From IMG/VR virus record IMGVR_UViG_3300043464_002284, positions 124,001-188,000 of that record: 64,000 nt of DNA. The stretch is one strand, 5' to 3'. This document shows positions 52,138 to 61,514 of the stretch, piece by piece. Below the pieces are notes generated by a model. That model searched no databases and was not told the origin of the DNA. It worked only from the letters and a program-made list of their open reading frames with translations. Position 1 is the first letter of the stretch; each line of letters starts with the position of its first letter. The translations under genes were made by a program, and so were the position numbers.

Positions 52138-52210
52138 GGGGCGTTCGTCTAATGGTCTAAGACGCTAGTCTTATTAACTAGCTAAGGGAGTTCGATTCTC
52201 TCACGCCCTA
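52138..52210 (+). tRNA. Atypical tRNA, anticodon TAT (Ile-AUA by anticodon) with U37
   Basis: GGGGCGT/ACGCCCT; GTCT/AGAC D stem; CTAGT-CTTATTA-ACTAG; T arm GGGAG-TTCGATT-CTCTC; own promoter 52096-52124. Confidence 0.7.
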
Positions 52211-52696
52211 TTTTTGCTTTATAGTAAACTTTCTAGTGCTATTCCCAATATTCCTTCCTTTAAAAGTAGGAAGCTGACTATCACAATTAGGACACACTAA
52301 ACGAATATTAGATACAGACCAGTTATCTGCCTTACCATCTATATGATCTACAATTAATGTCAACTGCTTTCCGTTCCAATTCTCTCCAGACTGATTACAA
52401 ACGAAGCAATTATTTCCATGTTTTTTTATTAGATATTCTCTAATACTTTTGTTATTGTTCCAACTACTAGCAAAGCTACCACTTGTTTCAATTTTTTCTA
52501 TCTTATATTCGTAATGACATTGTTTAGAACAAAATTTTCTATTGCGTAGCCTATATGGATATTCTTTATTGCAAAACAAACAGAATTTTACTCTTTTCGT
52601 TCTTTTAGGTTTGGCCTTATTGTTATAAGAAACTCCACAAGAACGAGAGCAAAATTTAGGGTTATCAGTTAATTTATCACAATTTACACATTTCAT
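52208..52696 (-). CDS. HNH endonuclease between tRNA and tmRNA
   Basis: CFVC...LIVDHIDG...N.RLVCPNCD; CSxxC repeats. Confidence 0.88.
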   Translation of the reverse strand: MKCVNCDKLTDNPKFCSRSCGVSYNNKAKPKRTKRVKFCLFCNKEYPYRLRNRKFCSKQCHYEYKIEKIETSGSFASSWNNNKSIREYLIKKHGNNCFVCNQSGENWNGKQLTLIVDHIDGKADNWSVSNIRLVCPNCDSQLPTFKGRNIGNSTRKFTIKQK

Positions 52697-52963
52697 AAAT
52701 ACCTCTCAAAAATGAATCGAACTTGACATAATATACACCGAAACTATAATATAGTATTCGATTCTTGATTGAAAGCAAGCAATGAAACTTCAACCACTAA
52801 CGGCTATTTTTGCAGGATTATTTCTAACATCATTAGGATTTAACATTCTTTTGAATGTAGAGATACAAAAACTAAAAAAGCTGGCAAACAAACCAGCAAG
52901 AATTATTATAGAAAGAGAACCGGAAATTCACATCAAACCAAAAGTTTGGGGGTATACTAAATA

Positions 52964-53315
52964 GGGCTAGTAAAGGTATCGACAGGTAAAATAGATATAG
53001 ATGGCATCGACTGGTTAATCGACCGGCCAGTTTAAAAGTCGATTAAAATTGTTAATTGGCGAAGTTTCAACTCTCGCTCTCGCTGCCTAATTAGTTAGGT
53101 ACGAGTGGGGCGGCATGAGCCTTATTACCAAATCATGCTGACTCCGATATTCGGATATGGTAGTCCTACCAGACATAAATAGGAATGATGATTGTACTCA
53201 ATCTGACTCAGATAATTCTGATAGCTTTGTTGGTAGTGCGATAACAACTAAATAACGATGTAGAAGTTTATATTGATGTTTATTCTGGACGCGGGTTCGA
53301 CTCCCGCCTAGTCCA
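52964..53315 (+). ncRNA. ssrA: tmRNA; tag reading frame (A)GEVSTLALAA at 53058-53090
   Basis: 5' GGGCTAGTAAAGGTATCGAC; 3' GACGCGGGTTCGACTCCCGCCTAGTCCA; internal frame ends ALAA-stop. Confidence 0.92.
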
Positions 53316-53323
53316 CTTATATT

Positions 53324-53869
53324 ATGATAAGCTCTAATGATGTACTAACACATACAGTAGATCCAAAATTTGTAGACTTAATAATTACCAATGCTAAAAA
53401 AGCAGAAATTGGTGGCAGGTCTCAAATTAGGAACTCTAAAAGCAGAGTATCCAATCTATCAGAAGATCAATTGGTTGGTCAAATATCCACCTACTGTGCT
53501 TCAATGATCCTTACTGGTTCTCCAGAAGGATATATACAAGCAAGAGATAAAGCAAACGCTAATCCTCTGGCTGGAGATAATGGTGTAGATATATCTGGTC
53601 TACCCAATATGGATATCAAAGGTAGCCTAATGAGATATTCAAATAACCCATTAAACTATAGATTATTGGTTAGGCCAAAAGAAAGACACGATAATTGGAT
53701 TTATGTGTTGGCATTAGTACCAAAAGAAAGACCTTATAAGACTTATCTTGTTGGCTGGGCTAATGATAATGATTTACCTTTAAAGCCCTATGATGGAGAA
53801 ATAAAGTCTTTACATGGAGCATACGTTATAGAAGCTAAGAACCTAAGAAAGATTGCGGAACTAAGATGA
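53324..53869 (+). CDS. Hypothetical protein, possible PD-(D/E)XK fold
   Basis: GDNGVDI...MDIKGS. Confidence 0.35.
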   Translation: MISSNDVLTHTVDPKFVDLIITNAKKAEIGGRSQIRNSKSRVSNLSEDQLVGQISTYCASMILTGSPEGYIQARDKANANPLAGDNGVDISGLPNMDIKGSLMRYSNNPLNYRLLVRPKERHDNWIYVLALVPKERPYKTYLVGWANDNDLPLKPYDGEIKSLHGAYVIEAKNLRKIAELR

Positions 53870-55110
53870 ACCGAAGACATTTTTTAAATCACTGTGCCGC
53901 AACATCTTCTCTGGTAGCATCTTCGTCTTTTTTTACTCAGTCTATTTTAGCTAATGCTAATGATTTAAAGAAAAGACATAAGAGTGCTATTCTTTTATGG
54001 ATGGGTGGTGGCCCAAGCACTATTGATCTATGGGATTTAAAGCCGGGTGCTGCTACTGGTGGAATTTTTAAGCCAGTATCTACTAGTGCTGATGGTATTC
54101 AGATTTGCGAACATCTGCCACTAATGGCACAGCAAATGCACCACATGAATATTGTACGATCTATGAGTACAAGAGAAGCAGACCACATGAGAGGTCGCTA
54201 TTATATGCACACAGGATATGTTCCTAATCCTAATGTTGAGCATCCTAGTTATGGATCAGTCATTTCTCATGAATTAATGTCTAGCATACCACAACTTGAT
54301 ATTCCTCCATTCGTTAGTATTGGAGGAACCAGTATTGGTGCTGGATTTTTGGGAACATCTTATTCTCCATTCGTAGTTAATTCTAATGGAACAGTTCGTG
54401 ATCTTGATATGGGCATAGATCAGTCTAGATTAGACCAAAGACTCAATATGCTTAAAACTATCGAAGATAAGTTTGTAAATGAAAAACGTGGAGACTATGC
54501 TTCTGACCACTCTAAACTTTTGACTAAAACAGTCAAGCTAATGACTAGTCCTCAGATGGAAGTATTCAAAGTATCTAAAGAACCAAAAGAAGTTCAAGAA
54601 AGATATGGTAATACAGGATTTGGCCGAGGTTGTTTGATGGCACGAAGATTGGTGGAAATGGGTGTTCCATTTATTGAGGTTGATCTTGGCGGATGGGATA
54701 ATCATACTGATATTTTTAAGACTCTACAGGATCAAAAACTTCCAGAACTAGATAAGGCTATGAGTGCCTTGATAAGCGACCTTAGCGATAAAGGACTGTT
54801 GCAGGATACTGCTATTATTTGGATGGGTGAATTTGGACGAACGCCAAATATTAATGGTAATGGTGGGCGAGATCATTGGGCTAGAAGTTGGAGTGTCGTT
54901 GTTGGTGGAGCAGGATTTAAGGGTGGTATTGTTGTTGGAGAAACTAGCAGTGATGGTAAGGAAGTAATTACGGAACCATACTCATCTCAAGACTTAATGG
55001 CTAGTGTTCTTAAATCATTAGGAATATCTTTAGAAACCAATTTTACTGCTAAAAATGGACGACCAATGAGAATTGCTAATAGTGGCAAACTTATTAAAGA
55101 ACTATTTTAA
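53866..55110 (+). CDS. DUF1501 family protein with Tat signal (Planctomycetota-type)
   Basis: MNRRHFL Tat motif; ILLWMGGGPS..D.WD.KP; GCLMARRLVE.GV.F; GGWDNH; GEFGRTP..N..GGRDHW. Confidence 0.92.
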   Translation: MNRRHFLNHCAATSSLVASSSFFTQSILANANDLKKRHKSAILLWMGGGPSTIDLWDLKPGAATGGIFKPVSTSADGIQICEHLPLMAQQMHHMNIVRSMSTREADHMRGRYYMHTGYVPNPNVEHPSYGSVISHELMSSIPQLDIPPFVSIGGTSIGAGFLGTSYSPFVVNSNGTVRDLDMGIDQSRLDQRLNMLKTIEDKFVNEKRGDYASDHSKLLTKTVKLMTSPQMEVFKVSKEPKEVQERYGNTGFGRGCLMARRLVEMGVPFIEVDLGGWDNHTDIFKTLQDQKLPELDKAMSALISDLSDKGLLQDTAIIWMGEFGRTPNINGNGGRDHWARSWSVVVGGAGFKGGIVVGETSSDGKEVITEPYSSQDLMASVLKSLGISLETNFTAKNGRPMRIANSGKLIKELF

Positions 55111-55460
55111 TGTCTAGAAAAATTTGTACTTATTGTGAGAAACGTAAAAACTTAGCAAGTTTTCCCAAACATAGTATGTACAAAGACAATCTTGACAGTA
55201 GATGTAGAAAATGTGTCAAGAAACATTCTAAGATACGAGTTAAGCTACATAAAAAAGCGCCACCAAAACCAGAAGTATGTGAGTGCTGTAAAAAGGTTCC
55301 CTACAAATGGGCCTTAGATCATGATCATGATGATAATAGTTTTAGGGGTTGGCTCTGCGAACCTTGCAATACTGGTATAGGTAAATTGGGTGATGATTTT
55401 CAAAGCATCGTTAACGCTATGAATTATTTTCTTTCAAGACAAAAACGATATGAAAAATAA
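55110..55460 (+). CDS. Recombination endonuclease VII-like nuclease
   Basis: CECC...LDHDH....RGWLCEPCNTGIGKLGDD. Confidence 0.85.
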   Translation: MSRKICTYCEKRKNLASFPKHSMYKDNLDSRCRKCVKKHSKIRVKLHKKAPPKPEVCECCKKVPYKWALDHDHDDNSFRGWLCEPCNTGIGKLGDDFQSIVNAMNYFLSRQKRYEK

Positions 55461-55665
55461 GATTAAAGAACACCTAGCAGAAAACAATATGACATACTAT
55501 CAACATTTTAAATTTGCTGTATTTTTTGGATGCTTATCTTTATTGGCTGGATTTTGTTTGATAATTCATGCGTTTTTTCCATGTTGGTTTCAAACTTCTG
55601 GCAGCGATTTGGTTCAGTCTATGGCGATAGTATTTAAGAAACGAAACCGATTAGACGATACTTGA
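55450..55665 (+). CDS. Small membrane hypothetical protein (DUF6356-like)
   Basis: HLAENNMTYYQHFKFA...IIHAFFP. Confidence 0.5.
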   Translation: MKNKIKEHLAENNMTYYQHFKFAVFFGCLSLLAGFCLIIHAFFPCWFQTSGSDLVQSMAIVFKKRNRLDDT

Positions 55666-55715
55666 CAAAGGGACTACCGTATGGTAGAGTTGGGACAACA
55701 CAGGAGAAAATAAAA

Positions 55716-57017
55716 ATGTCGTTTGAGCATCTTAATGGTTTTGTTCGTGATTTGAAGTCAACTAGCAGCACACTTGATAAAGTTGGCATTATTGAGGATT
55801 ATACTTCCTCTAATGAGAGTGGAGCAAATTTTCTTAAAAAGATTCTGCTCTATACTTATCATCCTCTTTGGCAGTACAATGTAACTAGTGATAATCTTAA
55901 AAAGAAAAGTCATCTGCGTGGTAAAGTATACAAGTCTATATTTGATCTGTTGGATGCTTTGAAGAATAGAGAAATCACAGGTCATGATGCTATTGGAGCA
56001 GTTAATAGCTTTATTGACAACCAAAGAGAATACGAAGAACTCGTTCATTGCATCATTGACAAGGATTTGAAAACCCGTGCTGGAGATAAGCTGATTAATA
56101 AGGCTATTCCAGATCATATCCCAACATTTAGTGTTGCTCTAGCGGACAAGTATGTTCCTAAAATCGTAGACTGGAAGGATGGATGGTATGTTAGCAGGAA
56201 GATCGACGGTGCTAGATGTATTGCTATTGTTGATAGTAATGGCAATACTACCTTTTATTCCCGCACGGGAAAAATCTTTGATACTCTTGATATTGTTAGC
56301 GGTGGGATTAAAGCTTTGGGACTTACTAATGTAGTTCTTGATGGAGAGCTTTGTCTTGTTGATAAAGATGGTAATGAAGATTTTCAGGGAGTAATGAAAG
56401 AACTTCGCAAAAAAGATCATACTATTCCTAATCCTTCCTACAAGATTTTTGATATGATTACCCATGACGAATTCTATAGTCAGAAAGGCGAAAAGAATAG
56501 GCCGTTCAGTATCAGACTCAAGAATCTTACAGAAATTATGAAGAAAAATGAGTGTCCTTGTTTGACACTTCTGGAACAGTCTTTGGTCAAGGATGAAAAC
56601 CATTTTCAAGAGTTCGTGACTGAATCCAATCAAAATGGATATGAGGGGCTTATGCTTCGATCTGACGCTCCATATAAAGGTAAGCGATCCAAAGACCTAT
56701 TGAAGTATAAAGCGTTTTCTGACGATGAATACGAGGTTGTGGATGTTGAAATGGGGCCATTTCGCTATGTTAAAGATGGTGCAGAGTGTGAGGAGACTAT
56801 GCTCAGTTGCGTAACCATTAAACATAAGGGTTACGATGTTAGGGTTGGGTCTGGTTTTAGTATCGAACAAAGACAAGAGTTTTATAAGAATCCTAAGAAA
56901 ATTCTTGGAAAGCAAATAACTGTACAATATTTTCAAGAGACAGAAAACGAGAAGGGTGGGCTTAGTCTTCGCTTCCCCACTTTTAAGATTCTTCATGGAG
57001 AAGAAAGAGATATATAA
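55716..57017 (+). CDS. lig: ATP-dependent DNA ligase
   Basis: SRKIDGAR (motif I), LDGEL, KIFD, EGLMLR, LLKYK, VGSGF, SLRFPTF. Confidence 0.95.
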   Translation: MSFEHLNGFVRDLKSTSSTLDKVGIIEDYTSSNESGANFLKKILLYTYHPLWQYNVTSDNLKKKSHLRGKVYKSIFDLLDALKNREITGHDAIGAVNSFIDNQREYEELVHCIIDKDLKTRAGDKLINKAIPDHIPTFSVALADKYVPKIVDWKDGWYVSRKIDGARCIAIVDSNGNTTFYSRTGKIFDTLDIVSGGIKALGLTNVVLDGELCLVDKDGNEDFQGVMKELRKKDHTIPNPSYKIFDMITHDEFYSQKGEKNRPFSIRLKNLTEIMKKNECPCLTLLEQSLVKDENHFQEFVTESNQNGYEGLMLRSDAPYKGKRSKDLLKYKAFSDDEYEVVDVEMGPFRYVKDGAECEETMLSCVTIKHKGYDVRVGSGFSIEQRQEFYKNPKKILGKQITVQYFQETENEKGGLSLRFPTFKILHGEERDI

Positions 57018-57022
57018 TAATT

Positions 57023-58018
57023 ATGCCACCAGCATGGAAAGAGCTAGGTTTTAGGAGTTATGATGCCTATATAAAATCTAGGCTCTGGTGGAACATAAGG
57101 CAACTAGTCTTAGAACGAGATGGTAAATGTTGTCAAGTTTGTGGCTCTCCATCTAAAATGGTTCATCATATTGATTACACAAAAATTATCATGCTGGGTC
57201 AAGGAGATCAGCATGAATTAATTACGTTATGTGAGCCATGTCATAATTTTGTTGAACAAGATAAAAGAGTTTCTGAAAAGAAAAGCTTGTTGAATAAACT
57301 ATTTGGTCAGCATAGCAAAAATACTTTAGATGAATGGCAAATTTGGGCTGAAAAATTTAATAGCGATATTGGTTATAATAGATCTCAAATACTAGAGCCA
57401 AAAAATAACCGCAAGAAAAAATATAAGAAAAAGCCTATTGTTTTATCAGATAAAGGAACAATAGAAAAACAAAAAGAACAACCAAAACCTGAAATTAAAT
57501 CTCTTAGAGATGATATTGATTCTTATATCAAGACACATAAACGTAAAAGAAATAAGCAATACAAAACTCTTGCTCCTGCTACTGATGAAAACAGGAAAGA
57601 ATTTATTACCAATACGGTTCGCAAATACAGTAGAAAAAGCAAAAAAAATATTAGGAGATATTTAGATAATCATAGACCGCTAATAGAATTACTGTTTAAT
57701 CATCCTGAGGCAAGTGATAAGCTAAAAAAAACTATTGCTGAACATCCATATTTCATTAAAGAATCAAGAAAAAATAATGACACAGAGGAACAAAAAAGAC
57801 AACGCAGAGACGAAGAATATCGAAAGAAAAAACAAATAGAACAGGAAGAAATTGTTCAGATTCTTCACCAACAAGAATATAAAAAACAGAAACCTAGAAA
57901 AAGGGTAAATCCGTTTGGCAAATTGCCAGTATGGACAAAAAATCATAAGACCACAATACCAAAACAAGAAAATCCATTAATGAAATATGTAAGGGAAGTA
58001 AAAGATAAGACCAATTGA
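57023..58018 (+). CDS. HNH endonuclease with long basic C-terminal extension
   Basis: CQVCG...VHHIDY...LITLCEPCH. Confidence 0.75.
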   Translation: MPPAWKELGFRSYDAYIKSRLWWNIRQLVLERDGKCCQVCGSPSKMVHHIDYTKIIMLGQGDQHELITLCEPCHNFVEQDKRVSEKKSLLNKLFGQHSKNTLDEWQIWAEKFNSDIGYNRSQILEPKNNRKKKYKKKPIVLSDKGTIEKQKEQPKPEIKSLRDDIDSYIKTHKRKRNKQYKTLAPATDENRKEFITNTVRKYSRKSKKNIRRYLDNHRPLIELLFNHPEASDKLKKTIAEHPYFIKESRKNNDTEEQKRQRRDEEYRKKKQIEQEEIVQILHQQEYKKQKPRKRVNPFGKLPVWTKNHKTTIPKQENPLMKYVREVKDKTN

Positions 58019-58069
58019 CCAGTTTCCAGTATGGTGTATAAAATTATCCCGCCTTACTGGAGAAATTAA

Positions 58070-58480
58070 ATGATCAAAGTTATTCTTCGCTCTCTTATAT
58101 ATCCGTGGTTTATCTTATTTGTAGGATTTTCTATAGGTTTTATTTGCAATTCAGAATGGTTTGGCTACAAATATGTACTTGTGGAAAGATCAGTACGAAA
58201 TATATTTTTTCCAATCAAATATGACGAAAAAGTAGAAGAATGGGTTAAATCTAATGGACGATTAAGATTATGGGCAAGCCTAGACTGTCCAAAAGATTTT
58301 GAGATTGTTCATGAGTTTGTAAAAGGAGAAGAGCATTATTGGGCTGTTTATAAGATCAAAGACAAAAACGGAAAAGAAATTAAAGATATTGGCAGTGTTA
58401 GAGTGAAATGGAAAACATGGGAATACTACTATAAATTAGATGAGATTTTAGATAAGTCTGGCGTTACGAAATTGGATTGA
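58070..58480 (+). CDS. Membrane-anchored hypothetical protein
   Basis: N-terminal TM helix; GGTGTATA motif upstream. Confidence 0.6.
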   Translation: MIKVILRSLIYPWFILFVGFSIGFICNSEWFGYKYVLVERSVRNIFFPIKYDEKVEEWVKSNGRLRLWASLDCPKDFEIVHEFVKGEEHYWAVYKIKDKNGKEIKDIGSVRVKWKTWEYYYKLDEILDKSGVTKLD

Positions 58481-58561
58481 TTCAAGAACCGGGGCTTGAC
58501 AAGACGATAGGACTAGTGTAGAATGTGAGCATACACTTTGGAACCAACCTTTGAGGACATT

Positions 58562-59260
58562 ATGACAGAGATTGTTGTTGAGAAAAAGCCGATTGTTATG
58601 AGTACCAGCAAGGCCGATGAGTTTTTCAAGAATTTTCCGAAGGATAAGGTAGTTGCCTATAAAGACTATTGGGAGAGTGTTCGCCCCAAGACTGACGAAG
58701 ATATTTTCCGTCGCTATCTCTTTGCCTATTGTTCAGTGCATACCACTTGGCAGGGTAATGTCAAGGGATACAATGCTATCAAGAATTTTAGCGAATGGGT
58801 AGATAGTAAAGAAATTCTTTTGACAAAACTCCACAAGAGCGGCGTCGGTCTGCACAATAATCGTACCAATTATATCTGGGATTTTAGTACCAAGTTTTGG
58901 GCTAATCCTAAAGATTTTTATCTGACTACTAAGAAGTATCATGTTAAGAAGCGAGACAGTATTCTGAATAAGATTAGCGGAATTGGTCTGGCTAAAATTA
59001 GCTTTGCTCTTGAGATGATTCATCCCAATGAGGCAAGAGTATTGTGTGGAGATATTCATCAGCTTCGACTTTACGATGTTGAGGCTCTTAAATATAATAA
59101 AAGCAAGACTGGTTCGGCAATCTATAAGAAGATGGAGCGTCACTGGATGGTCAATTGTGGCAAATTGAAAGTTCCATCTTATGTAGCAAGGTCGATCTAT
59201 TGGGATGATCTTCAAAAGAAAGAAGATAGTCGTTACTGGAGCTATGTTCTGGAGAGTTAA
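58562..59260 (+). CDS. HhH-GPD-superfamily DNA glycosylase/lyase-like protein
   Basis: ISGIGLAKISFAL (HhH) followed by LCGDIHQLR; own promoter 58496-58524. Confidence 0.65.
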   Translation: MTEIVVEKKPIVMSTSKADEFFKNFPKDKVVAYKDYWESVRPKTDEDIFRRYLFAYCSVHTTWQGNVKGYNAIKNFSEWVDSKEILLTKLHKSGVGLHNNRTNYIWDFSTKFWANPKDFYLTTKKYHVKKRDSILNKISGIGLAKISFALEMIHPNEARVLCGDIHQLRLYDVEALKYNKSKTGSAIYKKMERHWMVNCGKLKVPSYVARSIYWDDLQKKEDSRYWSYVLES

Positions 59261-60251
59261 TTATGCGGAATGGTAAAGGTTCTAAAAGACGAGAGAGTTT
59301 GGTTTCTCAAGAGACTTGGGATAAAAACTACGAAAGAATTTTTAGAAAGAAAAAAGATGGGAAGCGTAACAAATCTAAAGGAAAATAAAACACTGTTCAT
59401 CCCTTGTTCTTGCAAGAGCGAAATTTTAGTGATCGAATATGATCATGAAATTCAATTGGCTGATTTGGCAATATTTGAACATTACACAAACTATAGTCAT
59501 AAGATGTCATTATGGCAGAGATTAAGGTATTGTTTTAAGGTATTGTTTGAAAAAAAACCATACGCCGATCAGATGGTACTTGACAATAAACAGCTTAAAG
59601 ATTTGCAAAAATTCCTAAATGAACTTAATCTCTAAGGTGTATATTATAGGGTTATCAAACTCATCTTAAGGAGGCTAATCATGGTTGTCAGAACAGCAAC
59701 AGAATACATGAACGATCAGTTAGCTAACAGAGTTAAATCTCTTCAGAAAGCTTTAAATCAAGCTGAAAAAATAATGAATACCCTTGAGATAGAAAATCAA
59801 AGACTAAAAGACGTTCTTGCTAACCTAACGTCAGAAAATAATCAAGGTTATATTCTCAATAGTGAGACCTTTAATGAGCCAGTGCTTACAGTCTAAGAAC
59901 AAGAACAAAAGAATAATAACACAAATTGGCGAATACGAATATTTGATTGAGGGCGAGAGCGATTGGGCGAAATTTGGTTGTCAATCAGATATTTCAATAA
60001 TAACTTCTGCTAACTTAGACGGCGGGCCATTCTTATTGGTTGGTGATTCTTTCTTGGGTAAAGGAAGAATATCCTCAATACTAAATATTGACAGTGGGCG
60101 GGATGGGTATATAATAATTAAGGTTACTCTATACTCACCAAAGGAAACATCATGATTTCAGAACTCATTCCCGTTATCGGTTATCATCAAGCAATGTTAA
60201 TGTCTGGCTATTCAGAATATCAGATTCAACAAATTATTAAAGGATCTACTT

Positions 60252-60437
60252 ATGAACCAATTTCACAAGAGTAATAAGAATAGAGTTTTCTTTGGTGTTT
60301 GTGGAGGACTAGCAGAAAGTCTAGGATTAGATGTTTCTGTAGTTAGGCTGGGATTTGTTGCTGGTGCGATTTTCACCGGAAGTATTCTTTTCTGGGCATA
60401 TTTACTAATGGCTCTGGTTCTTCCAACAGAGGATTGA
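60252..60437 (+). CDS. PspC domain protein
   Basis: NRVFFGVCGGLAESLGLDVSVVRLGFV...AYLLMALVLP. Confidence 0.85.
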   Translation: MNQFHKSNKNRVFFGVCGGLAESLGLDVSVVRLGFVAGAIFTGSILFWAYLLMALVLPTED

Positions 60438-60441
60438 TCTA

Positions 60442-61062
60442 ATGGATAAGATAGTGGGTGGTCAGAAAGTATTTTTTACTGCTGATCTTCACCTTGGACA
60501 TAAGAATATCATAGGATATTGTAATCGTCCATTTTCTACTGGTGGAGAGATGGACGCTAAAATTATTTCTTCTATAAACGAAACAGTTGGACAAAACGAT
60601 ATTCTTTACGTTATAGGAGATTTCTGCCATAAAGGCGGAACGGCTCTATCTTATAGAGAAAGAATAGCTTGCCAAAATGTGCATATTATTCTTGGCAATC
60701 ATGACGAACCAACTAAATTCACTAGCGGATTCTCTAGTGTCTCTGATCAAAAAATGATTCTGTATATCAATCAAAAAATATTCATGTGTCATTATCCTAT
60801 GAGAAGTTGGTCTGGTAGCTATAGAAAAAGTTGGATGCTCTATGGTCATGTTCATGGCAGGCTGCATCGTGAGGACGTTGCTTCTGGAACCCTCACGCTT
60901 GATGTAGGCGTTGATAATAAAAGAGATGGGGTAGGGTTTGGTACTCCTTGGAGTTTTAAAGACGTTCAACAGGAATTTCTGGCGAGAACGAAAAAAAAAT
61001 CAAGGTCGCCCATTGACATTGACGATACCATACTGTATAATCGAAGGAACAACGCGAGGTAA
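60442..61062 (+). CDS. Phage calcineurin-like metallophosphoesterase
   Basis: FFTADLHLGH.NII..C.RPF, GDF, GNHD, CHYP, GHVH, DVGVD. Confidence 0.88.
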   Translation: MDKIVGGQKVFFTADLHLGHKNIIGYCNRPFSTGGEMDAKIISSINETVGQNDILYVIGDFCHKGGTALSYRERIACQNVHIILGNHDEPTKFTSGFSSVSDQKMILYINQKIFMCHYPMRSWSGSYRKSWMLYGHVHGRLHREDVASGTLTLDVGVDNKRDGVGFGTPWSFKDVQQEFLARTKKKSRSPIDIDDTILYNRRNNAR

Positions 61063-61120
61063 GATCAGTCGCTCGACTGAGCCTAGCTTGTAAGATTGGT
61101 TAAGAATTTGGAGGTTGATT

Positions 61121-61405
61121 ATGGCTGAAGTTACTACTACTGAGAAGCAGAGTCGTGTTCGTTGCAGTGATGACCAGTTCCTTGAGGCAGTTTTTTCCAG
61201 CAAGACTTATGCTGAGATTGCCGCTAAGACTGGTCAGAAGATTGCTAGTACGATGGCTCGTTACGCTCGTACCAAGGCTTCTCTGGCTAAGAAGGGTGAG
61301 GAATTGCCCGCGATGGAGCGAGCAAAGCCCACAAAGACAGTGGATAATGTCGAGGCTATGGCTGAGACAGTTCGCCGTCTAAAGGCCGCTCATTCTAACG
61401 GCTGA
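61121..61405 (+). CDS. Small helical, possibly DNA-binding protein
   Basis: SDDQFLEAVFSSKTYAEIAAKTG HTH-like; strong promoter 61013-61041; GGAGG RBS. Confidence 0.5.
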   Translation: MAEVTTTEKQSRVRCSDDQFLEAVFSSKTYAEIAAKTGQKIASTMARYARTKASLAKKGEELPAMERAKPTKTVDNVEAMAETVRRLKAAHSNG

Positions 61406-61514
61406 GTCTTAGTTTAAACCAAATGCTTCCAACTACATCCCTCATAAATATTAGTAGAGACAACATAGTCAACCATCTAACTAATCGTTATGATATGTAG
61501 TTCGGAAGTGTTAT

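Noticed and set aside
52949-52956. GGGGTATA as a phage-sigma promoter for tmRNA
   Set aside because: It lies inside the upstream ORF's last codons and has a mismatch, so it was not counted as support.
82-60969. Many antisense or overlapping ORFs in the track (e.g. 82-360, 3203-3490, 11533-12276, 14535-15128, 26563-27285, 56139-56633, 58733-59215)
   Set aside because: They shadow better-supported genes, lack an RBS and show no motifs.
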